Source of the DNA: a virus
IMG/VR virus record: IMGVR_UViG_3300027566_000006
Location: 34,340 to 98,339 of that record
DNA length: 64,000 bases
Strand: one strand, 5' to 3'
Part shown: piece by piece, positions 29,103 to 39,323 of the stretch
How the letters are laid out: every line of letters starts with the position of its first letter
How positions within the stretch are numbered: position 1 is the first letter of the stretch
The notes under the pieces: model-generated
Databases searched by the model: none
Seen by the model: only the letters and a program-made list of their open reading frames with translations
What the model was told of the DNA's origin: nothing
Program-made: the position numbers and the translations under genes

Positions 29103-29882
29103 TTGTATTTTATGAATAACGATTTACAAGAAGGATTTATTAGAATACCTAATGAATGGCATGATGATCGGAATATAACTAATGAAGAATTGTCTATACT
29201 CACATTGCTCTATCGCAATTATTTACACTATCAATCAATAAGTTTATGTAGTGTTGAAATACTTTGTGATTATATGTATATTAATAGCAATACTAATAAA
29301 CGTATTACAAAATCTTTTTTAGATTCGATATCATCTTTAAAGAATAAGAATTTTATAGTTGATATGTATGATTTGCATTATAATAGTATTTCTGTTGATG
29401 ATATATTGAATAAGAACTATGTTTTTTATGTTGAGTTACCCCTTCCCCCAGAGAGCGCATTTTTTATTGTTAAAAATATTGATATTGATAAAATATTTAA
29501 TTATCTGAAAAATTCTAATCTGGGCAAATTCAATCTTATTAGATATTTTATTGCTTGTAGACGAACATGTAGTAATGAAAGCAAACTTGGTTATTTGGCT
29601 CAAAATAAACTTAAAAAACTAGTCACCAATACTCAATCAATACAGAGGTATAATAAGATTCTTCAAGATGAATTGCATCTAATTAGATATTGTAATGATT
29701 ATTTAACTAAAGATAAACATTATTATACTACTCTTGTTGGTTTATATGATGATAAGGAAAATTTTGATTTTCAAGTAAAGAATAAAGTTGATGAGTTAAA
29801 ATTAATTCATATAGATAAAGTTAATTCAAATATTAAAAGGAGTGTTGCACAAAAGATTAATAATAAATCATTTGATTTTTAA
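29103..29882 (+). CDS. winged-HTH replication-initiator-like protein
   Basis: FIRIPNE...ITNEEL.IL N-terminus and duplicated wHTH-like halves. Confidence 0.45.
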   Translation: MYFMNNDLQEGFIRIPNEWHDDRNITNEELSILTLLYRNYLHYQSISLCSVEILCDYMYINSNTNKRITKSFLDSISSLKNKNFIVDMYDLHYNSISVDDILNKNYVFYVELPLPPESAFFIVKNIDIDKIFNYLKNSNLGKFNLIRYFIACRRTCSNESKLGYLAQNKLKKLVTNTQSIQRYNKILQDELHLIRYCNDYLTKDKHYYTTLVGLYDDKENFDFQVKNKVDELKLIHIDKVNSNIKRSVAQKINNKSFDF

Positions 29883-30211
29883 TTGATTATATTAAATGTA
29901 TAAAATAAATATATCTTGTTTTATACATTTAATTATGGTATAATTCAATTAGGTATTTAATACATATTAACTAATTAAACAATCAAATTTAATATCCGAA
30001 ATCTAATAAAATCAAGAAAGGAGGCAACATCCTTATGACCATATCCCCAACCCCTAACAATAATAAGAATTATCTAGTTAAAGACGGTAAGATTACTTAT
30101 GCTGGTTGGCAATTTTTAAAACAGTTTAATAAGAATGTGAATGTAACATCAAATGATAAAAATAATTAAATATCAATAATAATACATATAGAAAGAAGGA
30201 ATTATATACAT

Positions 30212-30541
30212 ATGGAAAAATCCGAAAGATATATTTTCATTGGCATAGACGAAGATTTAAAGGAAGCACAAATTACGTCATACATAAGAAGTTACACTAA
30301 TTTTCTTGATAAACGATGTAAACAATTTCCAGATTCATACAAACATGTTTCAGATCAATTTGATGAAAATGGTGTTTTAGATGGAAAAGAATTTATTTGT
30401 GATAAAAAATTACTTCCTCCCACAATATTTAAAGCTCCTTCAAAGAAAAAAGAAATGACTCCTGAAGAAAAGAAGATTGCTGGAGAAAGATTAAGTAAAG
30501 CAAGAAAACCTAGAGAGAAGAAAGTTAAAGTTGAAGATTAA
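30212..30541 (+). CDS. hypothetical protein
   Basis: basic tail MTPEEKKIAGERLSKAR. Confidence 0.6.
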   Translation: MEKSERYIFIGIDEDLKEAQITSYIRSYTNFLDKRCKQFPDSYKHVSDQFDENGVLDGKEFICDKKLLPPTIFKAPSKKKEMTPEEKKIAGERLSKARKPREKKVKVED

Positions 30542-30728
30542 ATCTCTATTAAATAATCAATAAAATTACCCTCAAAAATCTTTCTATTAAAAATATAATA
30601 TAAATACTCATTATTTTATATATCGTTTAATCTGGAGTGGAATTTATAATAAAACATAATAGAAAATGGTTATAAAAATATAGGGGTTAGGGTTAATCTC
30701 AAAATAAATTATATTGGAGGAATTATTT

Positions 30729-31061
30729 ATGAATAAAACTTTTAACGGCACATTAATTTATAACGAAGATGGACAGTTTGAAATACATAATGGTAATGAG
30801 ATTATTAATATCACAGAAATATTAGATAATATTTTCTCATCACAGTTAAGACCATTAGTTTACATCAGAGTAATGAAAGGTGACAGTCTTTTATTTGAAG
30901 AAGATGGTGGAATTTTCATAAATACAGATAAATTTGGGATTAATTGTTTTTATATTTGCGGGTTAAACCTAGATTCATTGTTGCTAAATCATGAAAATGA
31001 ACATTTAGAAATTACTATAAAAAGAGAGGAAAATTTAAAATATAATGGTAAAAAAAGTTAA
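30729..31061 (+). CDS. hypothetical protein
   Basis: GGAGG RBS before ATG at 30729. Confidence 0.55.
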   Translation: MNKTFNGTLIYNEDGQFEIHNGNEIINITEILDNIFSSQLRPLVYIRVMKGDSLLFEEDGGIFINTDKFGINCFYICGLNLDSLLLNHENEHLEITIKREENLKYNGKKS

Positions 31062-31308
31062 TAATATGAAAAATAAAGATAGAATTGATAATATAAATAT
31101 TAATAATGATAGGGTAATTGATACATATATTGATGGGGATATTAAAGGGATAGTTACTGTGAAAACATATTCTTACTGTTACAAATGTTTGAAGGATATG
31201 CCCCCTTCTACAGATCCGTTTTGTTGTTGGGAATGTCAGCAGGATTATTATGCTGAACAAAGGAAAGAACTTGATGCTTGCTATCGTGAATGGATGAGAG
31301 GAGATTAA
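31045..31308 (+). CDS. Zn-finger protein
   Basis: CYKC...FCCWEC. Confidence 0.5.
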   Translation: MVKKVNNMKNKDRIDNININNDRVIDTYIDGDIKGIVTVKTYSYCYKCLKDMPPSTDPFCCWECQQDYYAEQRKELDACYREWMRGD

Positions 31309-31363
31309 AATTATATTATCTAATAGAATTGGGGAAATAAATTATAATAGATATGGTTCTGAG

Positions 31364-32068
31364 ATGAAAATTATTGAATATAAAGGTAGACATAATATTA
31401 CTGTAGAATTTACTGGACATGGAAATACTGTTTCATCTTCCTATGAGAATTTTAAAAGAGGAGTAATTAAGAATATTTATGATAAATCTGTTTATAATAT
31501 TGGTTTCATAGGAGAAGGGAAATATAAACCAACAATAAATCAAAAACATACCGCACGATATTCTGTATGGTTGGATATGTTAAGAAGATGTTTTAGTGAT
31601 AAGTTTAAAAATAAATATCCTACATATAAAAATTGTACAGTATGTGATGAATGGTTAAATTTTCAAAACTTTGCTGAATGGTATGAAGATAATTTTTATG
31701 AAGTTGGCAATCAAATTATGAATATTGATAAAGATATATTATTTAAAAAAAATAAATTATATTGTCCTAATACTTGTATATTTGTCCCTCAAGAAATTAA
31801 TCTTCTATTTATTAAATATGATAAATGTAGAGGTAATTTTCCAATAGGTGTTACTTTTAATAAAAAACATAATAAGTTTTATTCTTCTTGTGAATATAAA
31901 GATAATAATAAATATTTAGGATTTTATGATACACCTGAAGAAGCATTTGAGGCATATAAAAATTATAAAGAAAATCTAATTAAAGAAGTTGCAGATAAAT
32001 ATAAAAATATTATTCCTGATAAATTATATAATGCTATGTATAAATATCAAGTAGAAATAACAGATTAA
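31364..32068 (+). CDS. HNH/AP2-type homing endonuclease
   Basis: W.DML.RC, VCDEWLNFQNF, IDKDIL, Y.P.TC.FVP..IN, YLG.YDT.EEA. Confidence 0.85.
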   Translation: MKIIEYKGRHNITVEFTGHGNTVSSSYENFKRGVIKNIYDKSVYNIGFIGEGKYKPTINQKHTARYSVWLDMLRRCFSDKFKNKYPTYKNCTVCDEWLNFQNFAEWYEDNFYEVGNQIMNIDKDILFKKNKLYCPNTCIFVPQEINLLFIKYDKCRGNFPIGVTFNKKHNKFYSSCEYKDNNKYLGFYDTPEEAFEAYKNYKENLIKEVADKYKNIIPDKLYNAMYKYQVEITD

Positions 32069-32085
32069 AATAGGAGGATATCTTA

Positions 32086-34821
32086 TTGATCAAACAGCCC
32101 TCACAAAGATATATATACAAAATAAATTCTACAAGATTAAGAAAATCGAAATGGAATTTAAATATTGATATTGAAGAAGCAGTTAATAAAAAAGAATTGG
32201 TTTCTTTAGCTGAAAGCACCGCAATTAGATTTATAGATGGCTTGAACGGAACTAATACCGAATACATATATAATCAAATAAATAGCATTAATAAACAGCT
32301 TAAACAAATTAAAAAATTACCAACTTCTATTGAGAATCGCAGGAATATTAAATCTTTATATCAAAATAAATATAATTTATTATTGGTTAAAGATTATATC
32401 TGTATAGTTGTAGATACTATGAAAGATTTTAATAGGATGAATAGCAAAAAAGGTTTTTATATAAATGGAATTAGATATAAACATTTACTAGGAACACCAG
32501 GGGGTATAAAAAAATATTCGGTAATCTATGTTAATGAAAAAATTTATGAAGATTTAGAATCAAAAATAAATAATGGCAGAGATTTAACTAAAGAATTTAC
32601 ACCTTCAAAATTAGAGGCATATCGATCTTTAGTTTGCTCTGCTAGTATTCCTGTTTCAAATCCTAATGGTTTACTAGTAGTTAAAGATTGTGAGACAGAA
32701 TTTTTATCTAATATTATAAAAATAGACGATACTAAATCAGATTATCCAGAGATTACTTATGAAAAGGATTATCTTATAAAACTTAATGATAGTGATGGAT
32801 ATGGTCTTATATCACCAGAATTAAGTAAGCAATGGTTAAAAGAAATTGGTAGTGACGAAGATTATATACCTAGTGGTTACTGCCTTAGAAATTCCTTTTG
32901 CAAGGGTATGGTTTTTTGCATGGATTTTCAAGATTTTTCAGAGAATGTTGCGAAGAATTATATGGTGGAAGATGCGTGGGGGCATAGTATAGATATCCGT
33001 AAAGTAGATTTAGTCTTAACGACCTCGATGCTGAAGCTTTGGAATTCATATAATGACGTAAATCACTACCTAAGATGTTGTAAGGAAAATGGATATAGTT
33101 TTAGTATTACAAAACATATTTCAGAGACATTAGAAAATGAACGTAGTTTAAATTATCAATTCATTCAATCCCTTTATATGAATGATAAAGGGATTGAAGA
33201 ATTGATAAAACCAACAGTAGATGAAATTCATGATGTTTTGGATTTAGATTATAGGAAAAGTATATTATTTCTTAAAGGTATTCACTTAGATAATATAAAT
33301 TTCAATAATGAAACAAATGATTTTATTAAAGCATTAATGATTGATAAAAAAATGCTTAATGACCCTTTTGTTAAAAATAAAATACATAATATGATTAAAA
33401 AAAGAATAACCGAAGCTAAGATTGGAGTGCTAAAAACAAAATCTAATTACTCTGTAGTTTCAGGAGATCCCTTTAGTTTATGTCAAAGTATGTTTAATAT
33501 GGAAGTTACGGGATTACTTAAAAAAGGTGAATTTTATTCCAAGTATTGGAATGATAAAAATACTGATAAGGTTGCCTGTTTTCGTGCGCCAATGACTTGT
33601 CATAATAATATTAGAATTCTTAATTTAAAGAATACTGAAAAGATGCAATATTGGTATAAATATATGAAAACAGTAACAATATTTAATTCTTGGGATACTA
33701 CCGCTTATGCCTTAAATGGTTTGGATAAGGACGCAGACGCAGTTTACACAACAAATAATCAAACGATCCTTGACTCTATACGTGGTACGGATGCTATTTT
33801 CTGTGTTCAGAAATCAGCAAAATCTAAAGTGCCAAAAAAAGAAGATTTAATTCAATCTAATATAAATGGTTTTGGTGATGAAATAGGAATAACTACAAAT
33901 CACATTACTGCTATGTTTGATGTTCTTGCTAAATTTAAAGAGGATAGTTTAGAATATAACACTGTAATGGAAAGGATAATGTGTGGTCAGAACTATCAGC
34001 AAAACGCAATAGATAAAATAAAAGGTATAGTTAGTAAATCAATGCCTAAAGAATGGTATGATTACCGTTCTAATATTGATAATGAATTTAATAAAAGTAT
34101 TGTTGCTAACAAAAAACCTTATTTCTTTATCTATATATATCCTCAAAGAAAAAGGCAATATGTTAATTTTATCAAGCAAACAGAAACAACTTGTTTAATG
34201 AGATTTGGATTAACCATAGAAGAATTAATTGCTTTAGATGATAAAACAGAAGAACAAGAGAAATATCTTAAATATTATTATAATAGGATGCCAGTATCAA
34301 TAAATAAATCGCTAATGAATAAAATTTGTTGGAAAGTAGAACAAGAGTTTGATAATTATAATATAAATAAACTAGAAAGTAGTTTTGACTATAAGATACT
34401 AATGTCTGATGTTCAATATTCTAAAGGTAGATATAATGCAATTAAAAAATTATATCAAGAGTATATAGAAAAAATACAGCAATATTCACAATTAAATAAT
34501 TCAAAGAGAATTATTCAGGAAGATAAACAAATACATAAGCAAATATTAACGGATGATTTCAAAAAAAGAGCATATGAGTTATGTAATAATTCTAATGAAT
34601 TATGTAACATAGTGCTTGATATCTGCTACAAAAATAATAATTCCAAACAGTTTGCTTGGGATATATGTGGAGATGTGATTATTGATAATTTACTAAGAAA
34701 TAATAATTATAAATTTTCATACCCCGTTTTAAATCATAGTGGAGATATTGAATTTGGTGGAAATAAATTTTCTATGAAGGAATATACATTGGAGGTTATT
34801 GATGAAAATATTATTAAATGA
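32086..34821 (+). CDS. yonO: YonO-like single-subunit (RdRP-related) DNA-dependent RNA polymerase
   Basis: SDGYGLISP, FCKG, FRAP, metal-binding NGLDKDAD, AIDKIK; positioned ahead of late genes as in SPbeta. Confidence 0.85.
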   Translation: MIKQPSQRYIYKINSTRLRKSKWNLNIDIEEAVNKKELVSLAESTAIRFIDGLNGTNTEYIYNQINSINKQLKQIKKLPTSIENRRNIKSLYQNKYNLLLVKDYICIVVDTMKDFNRMNSKKGFYINGIRYKHLLGTPGGIKKYSVIYVNEKIYEDLESKINNGRDLTKEFTPSKLEAYRSLVCSASIPVSNPNGLLVVKDCETEFLSNIIKIDDTKSDYPEITYEKDYLIKLNDSDGYGLISPELSKQWLKEIGSDEDYIPSGYCLRNSFCKGMVFCMDFQDFSENVAKNYMVEDAWGHSIDIRKVDLVLTTSMLKLWNSYNDVNHYLRCCKENGYSFSITKHISETLENERSLNYQFIQSLYMNDKGIEELIKPTVDEIHDVLDLDYRKSILFLKGIHLDNINFNNETNDFIKALMIDKKMLNDPFVKNKIHNMIKKRITEAKIGVLKTKSNYSVVSGDPFSLCQSMFNMEVTGLLKKGEFYSKYWNDKNTDKVACFRAPMTCHNNIRILNLKNTEKMQYWYKYMKTVTIFNSWDTTAYALNGLDKDADAVYTTNNQTILDSIRGTDAIFCVQKSAKSKVPKKEDLIQSNINGFGDEIGITTNHITAMFDVLAKFKEDSLEYNTVMERIMCGQNYQQNAIDKIKGIVSKSMPKEWYDYRSNIDNEFNKSIVANKKPYFFIYIYPQRKRQYVNFIKQTETTCLMRFGLTIEELIALDDKTEEQEKYLKYYYNRMPVSINKSLMNKICWKVEQEFDNYNINKLESSFDYKILMSDVQYSKGRYNAIKKLYQEYIEKIQQYSQLNNSKRIIQEDKQIHKQILTDDFKKRAYELCNNSNELCNIVLDICYKNNNSKQFAWDICGDVIIDNLLRNNNYKFSYPVLNHSGDIEFGGNKFSMKEYTLEVIDENIIK

Positions 34822-35554
34822 AAAACTAATGCTTGAAAAATCATTAAATGAGGGATATATAGATAAAAAAATAACTAGTACAATAAAATTATTAGCAAAG
34901 CATTATTTTTCAATAGGGCAAAGTAAAGAACAGGTTATTAACTCAATTGAAAATTTTATGGATAAAAATTATCATAATTTTAATATTGCTGATTGGCAAA
35001 ATACTATTGAGAAATCCGTAAAATATGTATCTAAATATAAAACTTTTGAATTACTTGATATTAATAATGTTGAGATTTATAAAGAAGAATTAGAAGTTAT
35101 TGAAAGTATTAATAACTTGAGATTAGAAAAATTAGCATTTGTTTTACTTGTTTATTCTAAAATATATAATCAAATGAATAAAAATGATTCTAATTGGGTT
35201 AATTCAAGTTTAAGGGATATTTTTAGCGATACTAAAATGGCGGTTGGCACAAAAGAACAAGGTTTAATGATTAATAAATTAGGCGATATGGGGTTAGTAG
35301 AAGTATCAAAGAAAGTTGATTGTACTAATATAAAAGTTTTGTTTACTAAGAGTAATGGTGATATTACTATAGAGATTACTGATTTTAGAGATTTTGTATT
35401 GGAATATTTAAAATATAAAGGTGAGAATATTATTTATTGTGAAAAATGTAATATTCCCCTATCCCCTTCTAATAATAAAAATATATACTGTAAAGAATGT
35501 GCAAAAAAAGTCAAAAATGAACAAAATAAAAAATATTATCATTTAGGAAAATAG
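34802..35554 (+). CDS. RNAP-linked protein with wHTH-like core and C-terminal Zn finger
   Basis: overlaps the RNAP 3' end; CEKC...YCKEC. Confidence 0.65.
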   Translation: MKILLNEKLMLEKSLNEGYIDKKITSTIKLLAKHYFSIGQSKEQVINSIENFMDKNYHNFNIADWQNTIEKSVKYVSKYKTFELLDINNVEIYKEELEVIESINNLRLEKLAFVLLVYSKIYNQMNKNDSNWVNSSLRDIFSDTKMAVGTKEQGLMINKLGDMGLVEVSKKVDCTNIKVLFTKSNGDITIEITDFRDFVLEYLKYKGENIIYCEKCNIPLSPSNNKNIYCKECAKKVKNEQNKKYYHLGK

Positions 35555-35721
35555 AAATACGCTGTATTGTGCTATATATGTGTATTTGTAGGGGTTAAGC
35601 AAGAGAACCTATTATGTATAGAATAGTAATATAAATATCTATCATTATATAGCATTTAGGTCGAGATGCTATCCCCTATTTTAAAATTAGTTAATTTAAT
35701 TAAAAGGAGCAATATTAACTT

Positions 35722-35910
35722 TTGATATTAGTAAGTAAAAATCAATTCCTAGAAATGTTTTCACTAAAGATTTTTAGTAATGCACGAAACAAAGAAAAGC
35801 AATGGACTGTCACTTCAAGAAAAAAACCTAGTAGCCGTAAAAAACACTACGTAAGTGAAGAAGATTATGAAAAATATCTGTTTAAAAAGAAAAATAAAAT
35901 AAATACATAA
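35722..35910 (+). CDS. small basic protein
   Basis: AAGGAG RBS, TTG start. Confidence 0.55.
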   Translation: MILVSKNQFLEMFSLKIFSNARNKEKQWTVTSRKKPSSRKKHYVSEEDYEKYLFKKKNKINT

Positions 35911-35950
35911 GATAAAAATATAAAACCATCCTGAAAGGAATGGAAGTTTA

Positions 35951-37180
35951 TTGAGTGCAAGAATTTTCGTAGATACTAATATCCTAATGTCCCACTCCCC
36001 TGCCCTATTCAATACATATAACAATATCGATGATCAGATTTTAATTTGTGATGTAGTTTTATCCGAACTTGACAAACATAAATATTCATCTGATAAAAAT
36101 AAACAATTTCAAGCGAGGAAAGCACATAATTTAATCAAACAAAATAAAAGTAAAATTACCTTTTGTTTAAATAATAGAGGTTTTAAATTACCTGATTCTT
36201 TTGATCCAGAAGATCCAGATAATAAGATTATCAATATATTTAGAGATTTATATTTAAAAGATAATAGTTTGCTTATGTTGAGCAATGATTTGAATGTTCA
36301 ATTTAAGTGTGACTGTTTAGAATTACCTGTTGAAGAATTTGGTGAGAAAGATGATAAGGAAACCTACACTGGTTATAAGCAGTTAAGCGGAGACACAGAT
36401 TTTATCAATAATCTATTTAATGATATTAAAAATGGCGTTAATACTCATAACTTTTTAACTAATGAATATTTAATTCTCTCTAATACAGATTTAAATGATA
36501 CTTTTGAATATCGGTTTGATGGGAATAAATTTGCCGAATTAAGATTACCTCCTTCTAAAATTATTAAAGGTCGTAATAGTCTTCAAAGGTGTGCTTTGGA
36601 TTTAATAAGCAATAAAGACATTCCGATAAAAATTATTGCAGGAGGATTTGGTACAGGCAAAAGTATCTCATCAGTTAAAGTAGGTTTATATCAAACTCTT
36701 GATAGAGATTTTTATAAAACCTTGATGTATATAAGAAATCCGATACCTGTAGATGATACTGATATTGGATTTTTACCAGGAAGTAAAGCTGAAAAAATTG
36801 CAGATTATTGTAGGCCATTTTTACAGTATATTAATGATAAAAAAGGTCAACAAAGCGTTGAAGATTTAATTAAAAATGAAAAAATTAAAATGGATGCTGT
36901 CAGTTTCCTTAAAGGCGTATCTATTGAAGATAGTTTTGTAATTATGGATGAAGCGGAAGATTTAAATTTAAAATTACTTAAAACTATTGGTAGTAGAATT
37001 GGCAGTAAATCTTGCATCGTATTTACTGGTGATTGGGAACAAAGTGAAGGTAAATATAAATATGATAATGGATTACTTAAACTTATTCAACAGAAGAAAG
37101 GCGATCCTTTAATGGGTGTTGTGGTGTTGGATGAGGTATTAAGGAGTCCAGTAAGTAAGTTGTTTAATGATTTGAAATAG
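35951..37180 (+). CDS. phoH: PIN-PhoH protein
   Basis: PIN (VDTN, ELDKHK, DNKI, SND) plus GGFGTGKS, IGFLPG, IMDEAE, FTGD..Q. Confidence 0.9.
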   Translation: MSARIFVDTNILMSHSPALFNTYNNIDDQILICDVVLSELDKHKYSSDKNKQFQARKAHNLIKQNKSKITFCLNNRGFKLPDSFDPEDPDNKIINIFRDLYLKDNSLLMLSNDLNVQFKCDCLELPVEEFGEKDDKETYTGYKQLSGDTDFINNLFNDIKNGVNTHNFLTNEYLILSNTDLNDTFEYRFDGNKFAELRLPPSKIIKGRNSLQRCALDLISNKDIPIKIIAGGFGTGKSISSVKVGLYQTLDRDFYKTLMYIRNPIPVDDTDIGFLPGSKAEKIADYCRPFLQYINDKKGQQSVEDLIKNEKIKMDAVSFLKGVSIEDSFVIMDEAEDLNLKLLKTIGSRIGSKSCIVFTGDWEQSEGKYKYDNGLLKLIQQKKGDPLMGVVVLDEVLRSPVSKLFNDLK

Positions 37181-37464
37181 GAGGTTTTATTATGAATTTT
37201 GAAAGAGAATGGGAAAGAGATTTTGGTTTATTTGAAGAAACTCAAGGTTAATGTTTAGCAGATACTCGTAAGGGATTTGACTATAAAAGGTTGCAACATT
37301 GGAAACACGTTTACAAATTACTGTGATTCGTCCTTTAGTTTGTGTGATTAGTCGATATGGGATACGTGCAGTTCTCTTGAGAGGGTTTAGGGAGAATGGA
37401 ATTGTAAAATACAGAGAAATGTAGTGGCTACATTACCTCTGTATTTTAGTTTAAATATTTATAT

Positions 37465-37540
37465 GCACCAGTAGCACAATTGGTAGTGCAATCGCCTTGT
37501 AAGCGATAGGTTACGGGATCATACCCTGTCTGGTGCTCCA
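37465..37540 (+). tRNA. tRNA-Thr (UGU)
   Basis: acceptor GCACCAG/CTGGTGC, anticodon arm ATCGC-CTTGTAA-GCGAT, encoded CCA, 76 nt. Confidence 0.9.
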
Positions 37541-37568
37541 AATTAAAATATTAAAAGGAGGATACCCT

Positions 37569-38774
37569 TTGAGTGATTACATTAAAAGGGATAATGAAAC
37601 TAAATATGATTTTATAAAAAGAATCGTATATGGGAAGTTAGTTGATAAAACCATTGATGTAGATTATGAGGAGTTAAGTGAATTAATATTTGGCGAAGGA
37701 AATGCTTATAATCCTTCGGAAGTTCGCAAGAGAATGTATGGGATGAAGCATCTCATAGATGTAATTGAACAACAAAGTATTGATAGTATTCAAGATGTTG
37801 ATGTTTTAGAAAGTCTAGATTTAAAGCGAATTGACTTTGAAAAGGAGAAAATAAAGTTTCAGGATCAAAGGCGTGAATACTTTAATCTTTTAAGAGAGAG
37901 TGCAAGATTTGATCATATCAAAGAACACATAGAAAAAGTTGCTTTGGATATTTCTAAGCAAAAACCTTTGGAATGGGAACCTATTTATAAAACTGGAAAT
38001 TATAAAGAAGGCGTACTTTTAATTTCGGATTTTCATTTTGGGTTAGAGATTGAAAATTTCTTAAATACATATAACAAAGAAGAATTTATAAAAAGAATAA
38101 ACAGATTAACTTTAAAAACTATAGAGCATGGTAAATTTCATGGTATTAAAACACTTCATGTAGTTAATCTTAATGACTTAATATCTGGATTAATCCACGT
38201 TACCGTTAGAATTGCTAATACCGAAGATGTAATTGAGCAAACTCAATTTATTGCAGAGGTTTTAGCAGAAGTGTTATGTAAGTTTGCAAATGAATTTGAA
38301 GAAGTAAAATTTTATAGTGTTTTAGATAATCATAGTAGGGTTACTCCTAATAAAAAAGAAGCAATAGATGGTGAATCTTTTGCTCGTTTTATTCCTTGGT
38401 ATTTAAAACCTAGATTAAAGGATATACTTAATGTTTCAATTATAGAGAATGAATTAGATGGTGGTATTGGGGTTATGGATGTTTGTGGGCATACATGTTT
38501 CATGGTACATGGTCATGAAGATTCCGTAAAAAGTGCCACTAATGATTTAACTATGATGATTAAAAGATTTCCTGATTATGTGTTTTTAAGTCATTATCAT
38601 CATAGTCAAGAAGATGAAATACATAGTTGTGAAGTAATTGTAAATTCAAGTTTGTGCGGAACCGATGATTATGCTAAGAGGTTGAGAAAGACGAGTAAAC
38701 CAGCACAGAAGCTTATGATTTTCAACGAAGAAGAGGGACGGGAGTGTACTTATTCTATTCGGTTGGATAGGTAA
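37569..38774 (+). CDS. calcineurin-like metallophosphoesterase (YonJ-like)
   Basis: SDFHFG, NDLI, DNH, VHGH, HYHH; TTG start at 37569 behind AGGAGG. Confidence 0.8.
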   Translation: MSDYIKRDNETKYDFIKRIVYGKLVDKTIDVDYEELSELIFGEGNAYNPSEVRKRMYGMKHLIDVIEQQSIDSIQDVDVLESLDLKRIDFEKEKIKFQDQRREYFNLLRESARFDHIKEHIEKVALDISKQKPLEWEPIYKTGNYKEGVLLISDFHFGLEIENFLNTYNKEEFIKRINRLTLKTIEHGKFHGIKTLHVVNLNDLISGLIHVTVRIANTEDVIEQTQFIAEVLAEVLCKFANEFEEVKFYSVLDNHSRVTPNKKEAIDGESFARFIPWYLKPRLKDILNVSIIENELDGGIGVMDVCGHTCFMVHGHEDSVKSATNDLTMMIKRFPDYVFLSHYHHSQEDEIHSCEVIVNSSLCGTDDYAKRLRKTSKPAQKLMIFNEEEGRECTYSIRLDR

Positions 38775-38816
38775 GATATTTTTAAAAACAAAATATAATT
38801 ATAAAGGAGATTTATT

Positions 38817-39200
38817 ATGAAATTATCAAATTCTATTTATTTCGATGATCAAACTGGAGAATTTATTGCGGAAAAATTTTATATTGATGGTAATGAAGTC
38901 TGTGAAGATGATTATGAGGCAATGCTAGATGAGTTTGATGAAGTTAATAGCGAAGAAGAAGTAATGATAGATGAAAATTGTGAATGTGATTCTGAATGTT
39001 GTATGGATTGTGAATATAATACAAGTGATGAGTGTGATTGCCCTGAATGCACATTAGATAAATTTACAGAATTAATACAAGAAATAACTGGTGGATGTCC
39101 AGGGTGTATACGTGAGATATTAGCTGATTTTATGTTTGAAATTATTGATCACATAATTATAGAAGATGCGGAAGAAACTGCACCAGAATATATAAACTAG
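38817..39200 (+). CDS. highly acidic Cys-rich protein
   Basis: D/E-rich; CECDSECCMDC, CDCPEC, CPGC. Confidence 0.65.
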   Translation: MKLSNSIYFDDQTGEFIAEKFYIDGNEVCEDDYEAMLDEFDEVNSEEEVMIDENCECDSECCMDCEYNTSDECDCPECTLDKFTELIQEITGGCPGCIREILADFMFEIIDHIIIEDAEETAPEYIN

Positions 39201-39323
39201 ATAATTAAACATTCAACTTAGATTTTAATGTTCTCCCCTACCCTATTTAATTATGGGGTGGTTGAGAACATTTTTAATGTGGGTTGAAATGCTACAAATA
39301 ATTATAGAAGGTGAGGTGAAAAT

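Noticed and set aside
32086-34821. True RNA-dependent RNA polymerase / RNAi-like system
   Set aside because: Synteny with SPbeta late genes favours a YonO DNA-dependent RNAP; no Argonaute- or Dicer-like partner seen.
37533-37568. ORF-track start of the phosphoesterase
   Set aside because: Overlaps the tRNA 3' end; the RBS supports TTG at 37569.
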